Below are positions 1 to 8,884 of a DNA stretch of 32,000 nt, in pieces. How positions within the stretch are numbered: position 1 is the stretch's first letter; each line of letters opens with the position of its first letter. The translations under genes and the position numbers were made by a program. This DNA is from Corynebacterium glutamicum ATCC 13032 (GTDB lineage: Bacteria > Actinomycetota > Actinomycetes > Mycobacteriales > Mycobacteriaceae): assembly GCF_000011325.1 (NCBI RefSeq), contig NC_003450.3, positions 1,500,001-1,532,000 of the forward strand. The letters are read 5' to 3'. Under the pieces are notes generated by a model, which searched no databases, was not told the DNA's origin, and saw nothing but the letters and a program-made list of their open reading frames with translations.

Positions 1-698
1 TCACTGAAGTTGCCTTGGCCCAGGTGACCGACGAGTTTATTGCTTACACCCGAAAACTGGGCGAAACCAGCGATTTGGATGAGACCACAGAGTTCTTAGT
101 GGTGGCCGCAACGCTGTTGGATCTTAAAACAGCTCGCCTGCTCCCGCGTGGTGAAGTCGACGATGAAGATGATCTCGAATTGCTCGAAATAAAGGATCTC
201 CTTTTCGCCAGGTTGTTGCAGTATCGCGCTTACAAGCAAGTTGCGGAAATGTTTGCGCAATGGCAGCGAGATGCTCGACGCAGGTACCCGCGCGCTGTCT
301 CATTAGAAACTCAGTTTGCCAACCTCTTGCCGCCCGTTTCCTTGGGTCATTCCTTAAAAAGTTTCAGCGAGTTGGCTGCTGTGGTGTTTCGTCCGAAACC
401 CCCAGAGACGGTGAAAACAGATCACGTGCACCAAGTTGCGGTGTCAGTTCCAGAGCAAGCGGGCAGGATTCTTAACACGTTGAAACTTGCCGGAATTGAT
501 CATTATTTGAGCTTTCAGCTGCTCACACGTGATTGTACCGCGTCAATGGAAGTGATTGGCCGCTTCCTTGCCTTGCTGGAATTGTATAAGGCACGCGCTA
601 TTGAAACCTTGCAAGAAGAGCCACTCGGCGAGCTTAAAGTTTCGTGGACTGGCATTGATGTCGATCCAGCAGTCGTCGCGGCGAGTGACTGGGAGTAA
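1..698 (+). CDS. scpA: Segregation and condensation protein A (ScpA kleisin), 5' end lies outside the window
   Basis: The frame is open from base 3 (TEVALAQVTDEF...). The ORF-track start at 15 is only an in-frame TTG. The sequence resembles the ScpA family, and scpB, rluB, cmk and der follow as in other actinobacteria. Confidence 0.85.
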   Translation, partial: TEVALAQVTDEFIAYTRKLGETSDLDETTEFLVVAATLLDLKTARLLPRGEVDDEDDLELLEIKDLLFARLLQYRAYKQVAEMFAQWQRDARRRYPRAVSLETQFANLLPPVSLGHSLKSFSELAAVVFRPKPPETVKTDHVHQVAVSVPEQAGRILNTLKLAGIDHYLSFQLLTRDCTASMEVIGRFLALLELYKARAIETLQEEPLGELKVSWTGIDVDPAVVAASDWE

Positions 699-820
699 TC
701 AGTTTTTCTTAAGGAAACGTTGCTGAATTAGTTTTAGTGACCTAAGCTACAAGAGCTGGTTTGCTGAAAAATGGATGACCTCGCAGTTTAACTGCGTTGT
801 GTCATCTACGGCATGGAAAG

Positions 821-869
821 GCTCCCACAGCATCTGTTTTGGAGAGGGCGGATGGTGTGGGAGCTTTTT
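821..869 (+). terminator. Intrinsic terminator (first of a tandem pair downstream of scpA)
   Basis: Arm 821-834 (gctcccacagcatc) pairs with 851-864 (gatggtgtgggagc), giving 14 bp with one mismatch. The stem is followed by TTTTT at 865-869. Confidence 0.6.
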
Positions 870-874
870 GTAGC

Positions 875-903
875 ATCTCACCCCATGAAGGGGTGAGATT
901 TTC
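875..903 (+). terminator. Intrinsic terminator (second of the tandem pair)
   Basis: Perfect 10-bp stem: atctcacccc (875-884) pairs with ggggtgagat (890-899) around a 5-nt loop, followed by tttct. It abuts the stop of the minus-strand GNAT gene at 908. Confidence 0.55.
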
Positions 904-907
904 TGGT

Positions 908-1471
908 CTATGGTCGTTGCTTGAGCATTTCAAGAATTTCATCCGATAGCGGACGGTCAGAATAAATTCTCACATCAGGCTCGTTGGGGTCATCTTCCGT
1001 TCCGACTCGTCGGCCTTCCCATACGGGGGTGAGTCCCAGTTTTTCCAAAATACGGAATGAGGCAGGGTGGTTGGTAGTCACCCTGGCCGTGAGTGGGAGG
1101 CTGTCGTCGATACGCTTGGTGGCCAGTGTTGCGGCGTTGGAGATTTCCGTGGCGTATCCATTGCCCCATAGGTCGGGGCGGAGGCGGTACTTGAGGTCCC
1201 ATACTTTTCCGTCGATGAGTTCAACGCCACCAACGCCAACGAATTCCGATGGGCGGTCACGGAGGTAAACACCCCAGGGGCCAAGGTCTTTCTTGCCCCA
1301 GCTTTCATTGGTGCGCTTGATGATGTCGCGCGTGACACGCACGTTGGTGTGACGCGCCTGGGGGCGGTGTTCCCAGATTCGAGAATCAGAGTAAATCTGG
1401 TGGGCCTCGTCTTCGAGCTCAACAGTGAGCGGTACGAGGATCAGTCTGTCGGTGCGTGTAATCGTAGCCAT
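908..1471 (-). CDS. GNAT-family N-acetyltransferase (RimJ/RimL-like)
   Basis: 187-aa ORF with an ATG start. The WGNGYATE segment matches the acetyl-CoA binding region of GNAT folds, and length and architecture fit RimJ/RimL-like enzymes. Confidence 0.8.
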   Translation of the reverse strand: MATITRTDRLILVPLTVELEDEAHQIYSDSRIWEHRPQARHTNVRVTRDIIKRTNESWGKKDLGPWGVYLRDRPSEFVGVGGVELIDGKVWDLKYRLRPDLWGNGYATEISNAATLATKRIDDSLPLTARVTTNHPASFRILEKLGLTPVWEGRRVGTEDDPNEPDVRIYSDRPLSDEILEMLKQRP

Positions 1472-1709
1472 GAAGAAATGTTAGATCATGAGATGTCTTA
1501 TATGTGATGGTTCTCACGACTGAAATCATTTTGTGACCTAACTTGTATTTTTTTTGACAGCTTGATTGACGGACGATGGGTTAAAGTGCACAGGTTGAGC
1601 CCTATTGAGGGTGGGAGAGTGCTACTATCTGCGGTTTTGTGAATTAAATGCTGTGAACTACCGCGAACTCCTCCCATTCAAGTGGTGTTAAGCACTAAGA
1701 TGGCAGGTT

Positions 1710-2579
1710 ATGACTTCTCTTAAAGTAACTTCGTCCGCAGATGCAACCAATAACAATGATGCCCATTTTCCTGAAGGTCCAGTGGTAACCGTTGACTGGT
1801 TGTCACACAACCTTGACCGGGATGATGTCATCGTGTTGTGTGCCACAATGGAGGATGATGAAATTGCACGTCAAGCGGGAATTCCGGGGGCATTTCTCGC
1901 TGACTTGGAAGGAGATTTCTCAGATCCACATTCCGAGCTTCCACACACCGCGCCACCAAATTTGGTGGGTTTGCTAGAAAGCTACGGCATTAGCACCGAT
2001 TCCACGGTGGTTGTTTATGATCTGCACGGCCTCATGGTTGCACCGCGGGTGTGGTGGCTTCTCCGTGTTGCTGGATTAAGCAGCATTGGCGTGCTTGATG
2101 GCGGATTGCCAGCCTGGGTTGATGCTGGCCTTCCAACGGAACCGCTGTCGCTACCTACAAGTGGTGGAAGGATCAGCGCAGAACCACAGCCAGATTTACT
2201 CGTTGGTGCCTCCGGCGTTGAACGGGCGATCGCGCGCTCAAGCAAGGCAGTGATTGATGCTCGTAATGCGAGCCGATTCGCTGGCGTTGAAGAAGAGCCC
2301 CGTCCAGGCCTTCGAAAAGGGTCGATCCCTGGAAGCGTCAACATTCCCTTCACTGACATTTCTGATGAGCATGGTTTTGTCCGGCCAGCAGAAGAACTGA
2401 AGGAATTGATCTTCAGCCGCACAAATGGAGCGCAGTCGTTGGTCTTTAGCTGTGGCTCCGGAGTCACGGCATGTGTTGATGCCTACGCTGCAGTTATCGC
2501 AGGTTATGACGACGTTGTAGTGTATGAAGGCTCTTGGGCGGAGTGGGGCAACCCGGCAAACCAAAAGCCGATTGCTTAA
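1710..2579 (+). CDS. sseA: Tandem-rhodanese sulfurtransferase, 3-mercaptopyruvate sulfurtransferase type
   Basis: 289 aa with two rhodanese domains. The active-site loop is CGSGVTA; the CG[ST]GVT motif marks mercaptopyruvate sulfurtransferases, whereas thiosulfate enzymes carry CRKGVT. Confidence 0.85.
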   Translation: MTSLKVTSSADATNNNDAHFPEGPVVTVDWLSHNLDRDDVIVLCATMEDDEIARQAGIPGAFLADLEGDFSDPHSELPHTAPPNLVGLLESYGISTDSTVVVYDLHGLMVAPRVWWLLRVAGLSSIGVLDGGLPAWVDAGLPTEPLSLPTSGGRISAEPQPDLLVGASGVERAIARSSKAVIDARNASRFAGVEEEPRPGLRKGSIPGSVNIPFTDISDEHGFVRPAEELKELIFSRTNGAQSLVFSCGSGVTACVDAYAAVIAGYDDVVVYEGSWAEWGNPANQKPIA

Positions 2580-2600
2580 CGCCCGCTATGATAACCACTC

Positions 2601-3179
2601 ATGAATGATTTCGATCCAGCATTGATTTCCGCGATGAGCCTTATCCCTCAGACGAGGTCTCGGATGGAATCAATCTTGTTGGTGGTCGATACCCCAGTTT
2701 CAGCACGCACGCTGGCTGGGGTGTTGGGCATTGACGTGCCTGCAACAGAGGCAATTTTGAAGGAAATGGCCTTTGAGCTTTCTGAACGGGGCAGCGGCAT
2801 TGATCTGCGGGAAACGGCAGAAGGATGGCGCTATTACACCCGCCCGGAAAATGCGGACATCGTCGAGCAATTCCTCCTCGATGGAAACCAAACCAGACTG
2901 TCCCGTGCAGCATTGGAAACACTCGCGGTGGTGGCATATCGGCAGCCGGTCACACGCTCCCAGATTTCAGCAGTGCGCGGAGTAAATGTCGACGGCGTCA
3001 TGAGAACCTTGCAGCTTCGAGGCCTAGTCAAAGAAGTCGATGTGGACGAATCAACGGGCGCACACCGCTATGGCACAACGGAATTGCTGCTTGAGCTGTT
3101 GGGTATTGATTCTTTGGATAAATTACCAGATCTAGCACCGCTTTTGCCGGATGTTGACTCCATTGATGAAGACTTCTAA
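2601..3179 (+). CDS. scpB: Segregation and condensation protein B (ScpB)
   Basis: 192 aa containing LSRAALETLAVVAYRQPVTRSQISAVRGVNVDGVMRTL, a typical ScpB winged-helix region. The ATG lies 21 nt after the sseA stop. Confidence 0.9.
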   Translation: MNDFDPALISAMSLIPQTRSRMESILLVVDTPVSARTLAGVLGIDVPATEAILKEMAFELSERGSGIDLRETAEGWRYYTRPENADIVEQFLLDGNQTRLSRAALETLAVVAYRQPVTRSQISAVRGVNVDGVMRTLQLRGLVKEVDVDESTGAHRYGTTELLLELLGIDSLDKLPDLAPLLPDVDSIDEDF

Positions 3180-3278
3180 AGCATCAGTTAAAGCCCCGAC
3201 TATTAAAATCTCCTAAAATAGGCTAGAATTCACGGGATTCAATTTCATACGTTTTCTCTCAAGATTAAGGACACTTAC

Positions 3279-4241
3279 GTGACCCCACCCGCTCGCCGAG
3301 ATGGCACACCGGACAAGAAGCAGAGCAATCGCTCTGGCGGATACCGGTCTTCAGTTCGTGGCTACAAGCCAGGATCATCCCGCCCAAACACACGCCAGCA
3401 GCCTCAGAAGAAGGATGAGATTCTTCTCTCCAACGCTAAGCCTGCCAAGAAGCAAAACGTAAAATCCGACGACGATTGGTCGATGGGTTTCTTAAACCGC
3501 AATGACTCTGACGGAGTTCGCCTGCAGAAGGTGCTTGCCCAAGCAGGTGTGGCATCACGTCGACACGCAGAAATCCTGATTGATCAGGGCCGTGTGGAGG
3601 TCAACGATCGTATCGTGACCACCCAGGGCGTGCGCGTGGATCCAAACAACGATGTCATCCGTGTTGACGGCGTCCGCATCCACATCAACGAGGACCTCGA
3701 GTACTTCGTGCTCAACAAGCCTCGTGGCATGCACTCCACCATGAGCGATGAACTTGGTCGCCCATGCGTGGGTGATCTGGTCAGTGAGAAGACTGCATCT
3801 GGACAGCGTCTGTTCCACGTCGGTCGCCTCGACGCGGACACCGAAGGTTTGCTGCTGCTCACCAACGATGGTGAGTTGGCTAACCGCCTCATGCACCCTA
3901 AGTACGAAGTGTCCAAGACTTACCTTGCTACCGTTCGCGGTGAAGCAACCAATAAGCTAGTCAGCGCTCTTCGTGATGGCGTGGAGTTGGAAGATGGCCC
4001 TGCCAAGGCTGACTTTGCGCAGATTATCGACGTATTCCAGGGCAAGTCCTTGTTGCGCATCGAAATCCACGAAGGCCGCAAGCACATTGTGCGACGCCTC
4101 TTCGATGAGCTCGGTTTCCCAGTCGAGCGCCTCGTGCGCACCAAGCTGCACACCGTTCAGCTTGGTGATCAGAAGCCAGGTTCCCTTCGTGCACTGAACT
4201 CCTCTGAGCTGACCAGCTTATACAAGGTGGTCCAACTGTGA
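3279..4241 (+). CDS. rluB: 23S rRNA pseudouridine synthase, RsuA/RluB family, with a basic N-terminal extension
   Basis: GTG start with AAGGA 7 nt upstream. An S4 domain (VRLQKVLAQAGVASRR) and the catalytic motif GRLDADTEGLLLLTNDG are present. The first ~79 aa are K/R/Q/S/P-rich. Confidence 0.9.
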   Translation: MTPPARRDGTPDKKQSNRSGGYRSSVRGYKPGSSRPNTRQQPQKKDEILLSNAKPAKKQNVKSDDDWSMGFLNRNDSDGVRLQKVLAQAGVASRRHAEILIDQGRVEVNDRIVTTQGVRVDPNNDVIRVDGVRIHINEDLEYFVLNKPRGMHSTMSDELGRPCVGDLVSEKTASGQRLFHVGRLDADTEGLLLLTNDGELANRLMHPKYEVSKTYLATVRGEATNKLVSALRDGVELEDGPAKADFAQIIDVFQGKSLLRIEIHEGRKHIVRRLFDELGFPVERLVRTKLHTVQLGDQKPGSLRALNSSELTSLYKVVQL

Positions 4242-4948
4242 CGGAAATTTCCAACATGCCTGCCGGTGGCCTCATCGTAGCCATCGACGGGCCGTCTGGC
4301 ACCGGAAAATCCACCACATCCCGCGCGCTCGCAACCCGTCTCTCGGCCAAGTACCTAGATACTGGTGCGATGTACCGCGTCGCAACGCTTCATGTGCTTA
4401 ACCAGGGGATTGACCCTGCAGATAGCGCAGCCGTGATCGCTGCAACCGCTGTATTGCCGTTGTCGATTTCTGACGATCCCGCCTCCACTGAGGTGTTGCT
4501 CGCGGGCGTCGATGTGCAAAAGGACATCCGCGGACCAGAAGTCACCCAAAATGTCTCCGCAGTGTCCGCGATCCCTGAGGTTCGTGAAAACTTGGTGGCG
4601 TTGCAGCGCGCACTCGCCGCCAAAGCACATCGCTGCGTCGTCGAAGGCAGAGACATCGGAACGGCAGTGCTTGTCGACGCGCCCATCAAGGCGTTTCTCA
4701 CCGCCTCAGCGGAAGTCCGCGCCCAGCGACGCTTTGACCAAGACACCGCAGCAGGTCGCGACGTAGATTTCGACGCTGTGCTGGCAGATGTTGTTCGCCG
4801 CGATGAACTAGATTCCACCCGTGCCGCCTCACCGCTGAAACCAGCAGATGATGCACACATCGTGGACACCTCTGATATGACCATGGATCAAGTACTTGAT
4901 CACCTCATCCACCTAGTGGAAGCCTCCGCTGAAAGGAGCAACCAGTGA
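4238..4948 (+). CDS. cmk: Cytidylate kinase
   Basis: P-loop [11 protein letters not shown] and typical Cmk length. The GTG start overlaps the rluB stop by 4 nt (GTGA). Confidence 0.92.
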   Translation: MTEISNMPAGGLIVAIDGPSGTGKSTTSRALATRLSAKYLDTGAMYRVATLHVLNQGIDPADSAAVIAATAVLPLSISDDPASTEVLLAGVDVQKDIRGPEVTQNVSAVSAIPEVRENLVALQRALAAKAHRCVVEGRDIGTAVLVDAPIKAFLTASAEVRAQRRFDQDTAAGRDVDFDAVLADVVRRDELDSTRAASPLKPADDAHIVDTSDMTMDQVLDHLIHLVEASAERSNQ

Positions 4949-6576
4949 CTGATAAACACACCATGCCTGGTGAAGAGGACGACACCGTATTCGTCTACCA
5001 CACCCACAAAGGCGAAATGGACGTCGAAGGTGCGTTTGCTGACGAAGAAGAACTAGCACCACACGGCGGTTGGGCTTCCGCAGATTTCGACCCAGCAGAA
5101 TTCGGCTACGAAGACTCTGACGATGACTTCGATGCAGAGGACTTTGACGAAACAGAGTTCTCCAACCCTGATTTCGGCGAAGACTACTCTGATGAAGACT
5201 GGGAAGAAATCGAGACCGCATTCGGATTCGACCCAAGCCACCTTGAAGAAGCTCTCTGCACGGTCGCTATCGTCGGACGCCCAAATGTTGGTAAATCAAC
5301 CTTGGTGAACCGCTTTATTGGACGTCGAGAAGCAGTCGTGGAAGATTTCCCCGGCGTAACCCGTGACCGCATCTCCTACATCTCTGACTGGGGTGGACAC
5401 CGTTTCTGGGTTCAGGACACAGGCGGATGGGATCCTAACGTCAAGGGCATCCACGCATCGATCGCACAGCAAGCAGAAGTTGCTATGAGCACTGCCGATG
5501 TCATCGTATTCGTCGTGGACACCAAGGTGGGCATCACCGAAACTGACTCAGTGATGGCAGCAAAACTGTTGCGCTCGGAAGTGCCAGTGATCTTGGTTGC
5601 GAACAAATTCGACTCCGACAGCCAGTGGGCTGACATGGCTGAGTTCTACAGCCTCGGCCTTGGCGATCCATACCCAGTTTCAGCCCAGCATGGACGTGGT
5701 GGCGCTGACGTTTTGGACAAAGTCCTTGAACTCTTCCCAGAAGAGCCTCGCTCCAAGTCCATCGTGGAAGGCCCTCGTCGTGTCGCCCTTGTGGGTAAGC
5801 CAAACGTGGGTAAGTCTTCACTGCTCAACAAGTTTGCTGGCGAGACCCGCTCTGTCGTGGACAATGTTGCAGGAACCACCGTTGACCCCGTTGACTCCCT
5901 GATTCAGCTGGATCAAAAACTGTGGAAATTCGTGGATACTGCTGGTCTTCGCAAAAAGGTCAAGACTGCATCTGGCCACGAGTACTACGCATCACTGCGT
6001 ACCCACGGTGCCATCGATGCAGCTGAGCTGTGTGTTTTGCTTATCGATTCCTCCGAACCCATCACCGAGCAGGATCAGCGCGTGCTCGCAATGATCACCG
6101 ATGCCGGTAAGGCACTGGTTATTGCGTTCAACAAGTGGGATCTCATGGATGAAGATCGCCGCATCGATTTGGATCGCGAACTTGATCTCCAGTTGGCACA
6201 CGTGCCTTGGGCAAAGCGCATCAACATCTCCGCCAAAACCGGTCGTGCACTGCAGCGCCTCGAGCCAGCAATGTTGGAAGCGCTCGACAACTGGGATCGC
6301 CGTATCTCCACTGGTCAGCTGAACACCTGGCTGCGTGAAGCAATTGCTGCGAACCCACCACCAATGCGTGGCGGACGTTTGCCTCGAGTGCTGTTTGCCA
6401 CCCAGGCATCTACTCAGCCACCAGTGATCGTACTGTTCACCACCGGCTTCCTCGAAGCAGGTTACCGACGATACCTGGAGCGCAAGTTCCGTGAACGTTT
6501 CGGCTTTGAAGGCACTCCAGTGCGAATCGCTGTGCGTGTTCGCGAGCGCCGCGGCAAGGGCGGAAACAAGCAGTAA
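4945..6576 (+). CDS. der: Ribosome-associated GTPase Der/EngA with an acidic N-terminal extension
   Basis: Two GTPase domains (GRPNVGKST and GKPNVGKSS, each with NKxD) and a KH-like C-terminus. The GTG start overlaps the cmk stop (GTGA) and has AAAGGAG 6 nt upstream. Confidence 0.93.
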   Translation: MTDKHTMPGEEDDTVFVYHTHKGEMDVEGAFADEEELAPHGGWASADFDPAEFGYEDSDDDFDAEDFDETEFSNPDFGEDYSDEDWEEIETAFGFDPSHLEEALCTVAIVGRPNVGKSTLVNRFIGRREAVVEDFPGVTRDRISYISDWGGHRFWVQDTGGWDPNVKGIHASIAQQAEVAMSTADVIVFVVDTKVGITETDSVMAAKLLRSEVPVILVANKFDSDSQWADMAEFYSLGLGDPYPVSAQHGRGGADVLDKVLELFPEEPRSKSIVEGPRRVALVGKPNVGKSSLLNKFAGETRSVVDNVAGTTVDPVDSLIQLDQKLWKFVDTAGLRKKVKTASGHEYYASLRTHGAIDAAELCVLLIDSSEPITEQDQRVLAMITDAGKALVIAFNKWDLMDEDRRIDLDRELDLQLAHVPWAKRINISAKTGRALQRLEPAMLEALDNWDRRISTGQLNTWLREAIAANPPPMRGGRLPRVLFATQASTQPPVIVLFTTGFLEAGYRRYLERKFRERFGFEGTPVRIAVRVRERRGKGGNKQ

Positions 6577-6591
6577 AGCTTGATTTTCCCT

Positions 6592-6640
6592 AAAAGCACT
6601 TATCCCCACGTTGAAAATGACGTGGGGATAAGTGCTTTTT
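6592..6640. terminator. Bidirectional intrinsic terminator between der and the convergent pentapeptide gene
   Basis: 16-bp GC-rich perfect stem: gcacttatccccacgt pairs with acgtggggataagtgc around an 8-nt loop. An A-tract on the left and a T-tract on the right extend the pairing to 20 bp. Confidence 0.85.
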
Positions 6641-6658
6641 GTTCAAAAGAGCGGATTT

Positions 6659-7327
6659 CTAATCGTTTACAGTAATTCCTAAATGCCGTGCAAATGCTCC
6701 CGACAGGTCAGCAGCCTGCAGGGATGAGATCACGGTTCCGGACATGGACTCCACGCCACTGATGCGCTCGATATCTAAACCGCGAAGATCCACATTGCTG
6801 AGCACGGCATGATCAAAGGTGAGCGAATGCACCGTGCAGTCTTTAAAAGCGATGCGTTCTGCTCTGGCTTGGCCAAGATCAAGCTCGTCGATGACACAGT
6901 TCTCAAAGAGCACATCCCGTAACGATGCACCCCGCAGATTGACAAACGACAGCTTAGAATCAGAGATTTTCAAAGCTTGGACGGTTGCTTCATACATTTC
7001 GACGGCACCAAAGCGGGAGTCGGAAATCGTTGCGTTGCGCCAGATGGAGCGGGCTGCCTTAAAAGATGGAGCATTGGCTCTTTCGATGCGTGTTTCCACG
7101 AATTGAGCCCGGCGTAGCTCGGTTTCGTGTGCTTCCAGCCCAAGGAATTCACATTCAATGAAACCAGCACCAGAAAGATCGCGTTCGGAAAGCTCGGCCT
7201 CGTTAAAACGGCATGACTCTATCTGCTCATTCGATTCGATGTCTTGAGGGTCAGCGTTGTCAAGGCCTGTTAGGCGAAGTTCTTTGATGCGTGGTGCTGC
7301 AACCTGTGGGCGGCGCGGTGATGCCAT
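6659..7327 (-). CDS. Pentapeptide-repeat protein (MfpA/Qnr-like fold)
   Basis: 222 aa with many A(D/N)LxX-type quintets, for example VNLRGASLRDVLFENCVIDELDLGQARAERIAFKDCTVHSLTFDHAVLSNVDLRGLDIERI. Confidence 0.85.
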   Translation of the reverse strand: MASPRRPQVAAPRIKELRLTGLDNADPQDIESNEQIESCRFNEAELSERDLSGAGFIECEFLGLEAHETELRRAQFVETRIERANAPSFKAARSIWRNATISDSRFGAVEMYEATVQALKISDSKLSFVNLRGASLRDVLFENCVIDELDLGQARAERIAFKDCTVHSLTFDHAVLSNVDLRGLDIERISGVESMSGTVISSLQAADLSGAFARHLGITVND

Positions 7328-7334
7328 GTTTTAT

Positions 7335-7386
7335 AAGTTCCTTGAATCTGGAGTGCTGGTCTTCGACCACCATACTCAAGGAACTT
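7335..7386 (-). promoter_or_regulatory. RNA hairpin that sequesters the SD-like AAGGAA upstream of the pentapeptide-repeat gene
   Basis: On the minus strand, AAGTTCCTTGA (7386-7376) is a perfect 11-bp complement of TCAAGGAACTT (7345-7335). The 3' arm ends 7 nt before the ATG at 7327 and contains the only SD-like sequence. No U-tract follows the hairpin. Confidence 0.45.
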
Positions 7387-7401
7387 GACCAGAAAGCTTC
7401 T

Positions 7402-7902
7402 CTACTTCAACAGGACGTATAGATCAGTTTGGAGTGTTGCGGGATCCATGTCGGGGGAAGGCTCGGTGACATAGACCTCCCAACAAGGCATATCGATCTC
7501 ATGGCCTGCAGATTCAAGAGCTTCCACGAATGAACCCCATGCTTGGCTCAGTCCGTCGAATGAGCCGATGTGGCTGATTCGCGCAATTTTTCCGGCAGGG
7601 ACCACTGAGTTTTTCAGCACGATGCCGTTGGCGGCTGAAACATCTCCCTCAAGTGGTTGGCTGACTGGGATGCCCACTTCAAAGCTGACGGTGTCAGTTG
7701 GTTCGGAGGTGTACAGAGCAAATCCGGGGCCAATTGGCGCGATGCCCTTGGCACCCAAGGTGGGGAAGAGCACTTGGTAGGTTTGATCGAATGCTGCGGG
7801 CATGTCGTTCATGGGGTGGTTGTCAAAGACAGCGACGACGGTCGGAATCTCGTTGACAGTGAGGATCTCGGGTTCAGTGACTGGTGGATTCAACAGGTAC
7901 AT
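7402..7902 (-). CDS. GyrI-like small-molecule-binding domain protein
   Basis: 166 aa whose size and repeated beta-alpha-beta-beta pattern fit the SbmC/GyrI-like and AraC effector-binding fold. AGGAG lies 8 nt upstream of the ATG and overlaps the stop of the upstream methyltransferase. Confidence 0.7.
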   Translation of the reverse strand: MYLLNPPVTEPEILTVNEIPTVVAVFDNHPMNDMPAAFDQTYQVLFPTLGAKGIAPIGPGFALYTSEPTDTVSFEVGIPVSQPLEGDVSAANGIVLKNSVVPAGKIARISHIGSFDGLSQAWGSFVEALESAGHEIDMPCWEVYVTEPSPDMDPATLQTDLYVLLK

Positions 7903-7913
7903 GGCGAGGGCTC

Positions 7914-8729
7914 CTAAAGATTGGAAGATCTGCCTGCCAGGGTACCGGAACGTGAAAGTAAAAATGCATCACAGCGATAGGGAAGTTCCACTGGATTGTC
8001 GGGACTGAAACCCAAATGCTCGTAGAGATACCACTGAAGGTTCTGATCAACACGCTCTTTGATTTTCTCTGACGCGTTTAACCAGTAGGACCTCGTGTGA
8101 GCGAGCTGGATGATTTCTTCAGGGGTGAGGTGCTGATTCCACGTGGTGCGAATTTCTCGATCAATTATCCAGGGAGCTGCGGTTTCTGGGGTGAATCCCG
8201 GCTTGAGTACATCGCCGGCATGCATAATGCGACTGAGTCGGTGTACCCACGCGATGGAGGTGTCCAGGTTATTCCACACGAGCAGGACTGCACCCTCAGG
8301 TGCAATCACCCGATCAAATTCCGCTGAGGCAGCCGTCACGTCAACCCAATGCCACGTTTGTGCGCACGTAATCAGATCAACCGCGTTGTCACGTATTCCT
8401 GTGTGTTCTGCTGTCGCTTGCCAGCAGGGAACCGCCGGAAGCGCGGAGCGAAACACCCGCAACATGTCCATGCTTGGATCAAGGGCTAGGACCTGATCAG
8501 CTGTTAGCTCACTGGTTAGTTTTCCGGTACCTGCACCGACATCCAGGACTCGGCCAAACCCACGGGCTAACTCCACGGCCTCAGCCGGATATCCAGGTCG
8601 GACATCGTGATAAGTCGTGCTGCCTTGGGTAAAAGCGCTGGCGCTGGTTGCTCGATGTTGAAGATCGCTAAACGCCGGAGCGTCTCGTTTTGATACTGGT
8701 GGAATTGGGGGATGAGCTGGATCATTCAT
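7914..8729 (-). CDS. Class I SAM-dependent methyltransferase
   Basis: Motif I is VLDVGAGTGKLT, preceded by YHDVRPGYP. The ORF track extends to a GTG at 8834. I prefer the ATG at 8729 (MNDPAHPP, AGGA upstream) because the longer form would overlap the divergent ABC gene and cover two perfect palindromes. Confidence 0.8.
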   Translation of the reverse strand: MNDPAHPPIPPVSKRDAPAFSDLQHRATSASAFTQGSTTYHDVRPGYPAEAVELARGFGRVLDVGAGTGKLTSELTADQVLALDPSMDMLRVFRSALPAVPCWQATAEHTGIRDNAVDLITCAQTWHWVDVTAASAEFDRVIAPEGAVLLVWNNLDTSIAWVHRLSRIMHAGDVLKPGFTPETAAPWIIDREIRTTWNQHLTPEEIIQLAHTRSYWLNASEKIKERVDQNLQWYLYEHLGFSPDNPVELPYRCDAFLLSRSGTLAGRSSNL

Positions 8730-8768
8730 ATCAGATGTTAATCCTAGCGGGCTACCACCACCTTCACT

Positions 8769-8782
8769 AGCGATATATCGCT
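8769..8782. promoter_or_regulatory. Perfect 14-bp palindrome AGCGATATATCGCT in the divergent promoter region (candidate operator)
   Basis: All 7 base pairs of dyad symmetry were verified by hand. The site lies between the methyltransferase (ATG 8729) and the ABC gene (ATG 8885). Confidence 0.4.
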
Positions 8783-8794
8783 TAACGTGCTCAT

Positions 8795-8809
8795 GAGATA
8801 CAGTATCTC
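8795..8809. promoter_or_regulatory. Perfect 15-bp palindrome GAGATACAGTATCTC (candidate operator)
   Basis: 7+1+7 dyad verified by hand, 12 bp from the first palindrome and in the same divergent intergenic region. Confidence 0.4.
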
Positions 8810-8884
8810 CTTGTGCAACAAACGAAATCCACACCTTTAGATAGGTATAAAAACCTCCCCGGGCCCGGCGCGCGACCGTCCAAG

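Noticed and set aside
5992-6609. 205-aa minus-strand ORF inside der
   Set aside because: It is antisense to the well-supported Der GTPase and runs through the der terminator. It is a composition artefact.
8813-8834. Long ORF-track starts that make the methyltransferase (GTG 8834) and ABC gene (GTG 8813) overlap head-to-head
   Set aside because: Overlapping divergent 5' ends would leave no promoter space and would place two perfect palindromes inside coding sequence. Downstream ATGs at 8729 and 8885 give N-termini typical of each family. This remains unproven.
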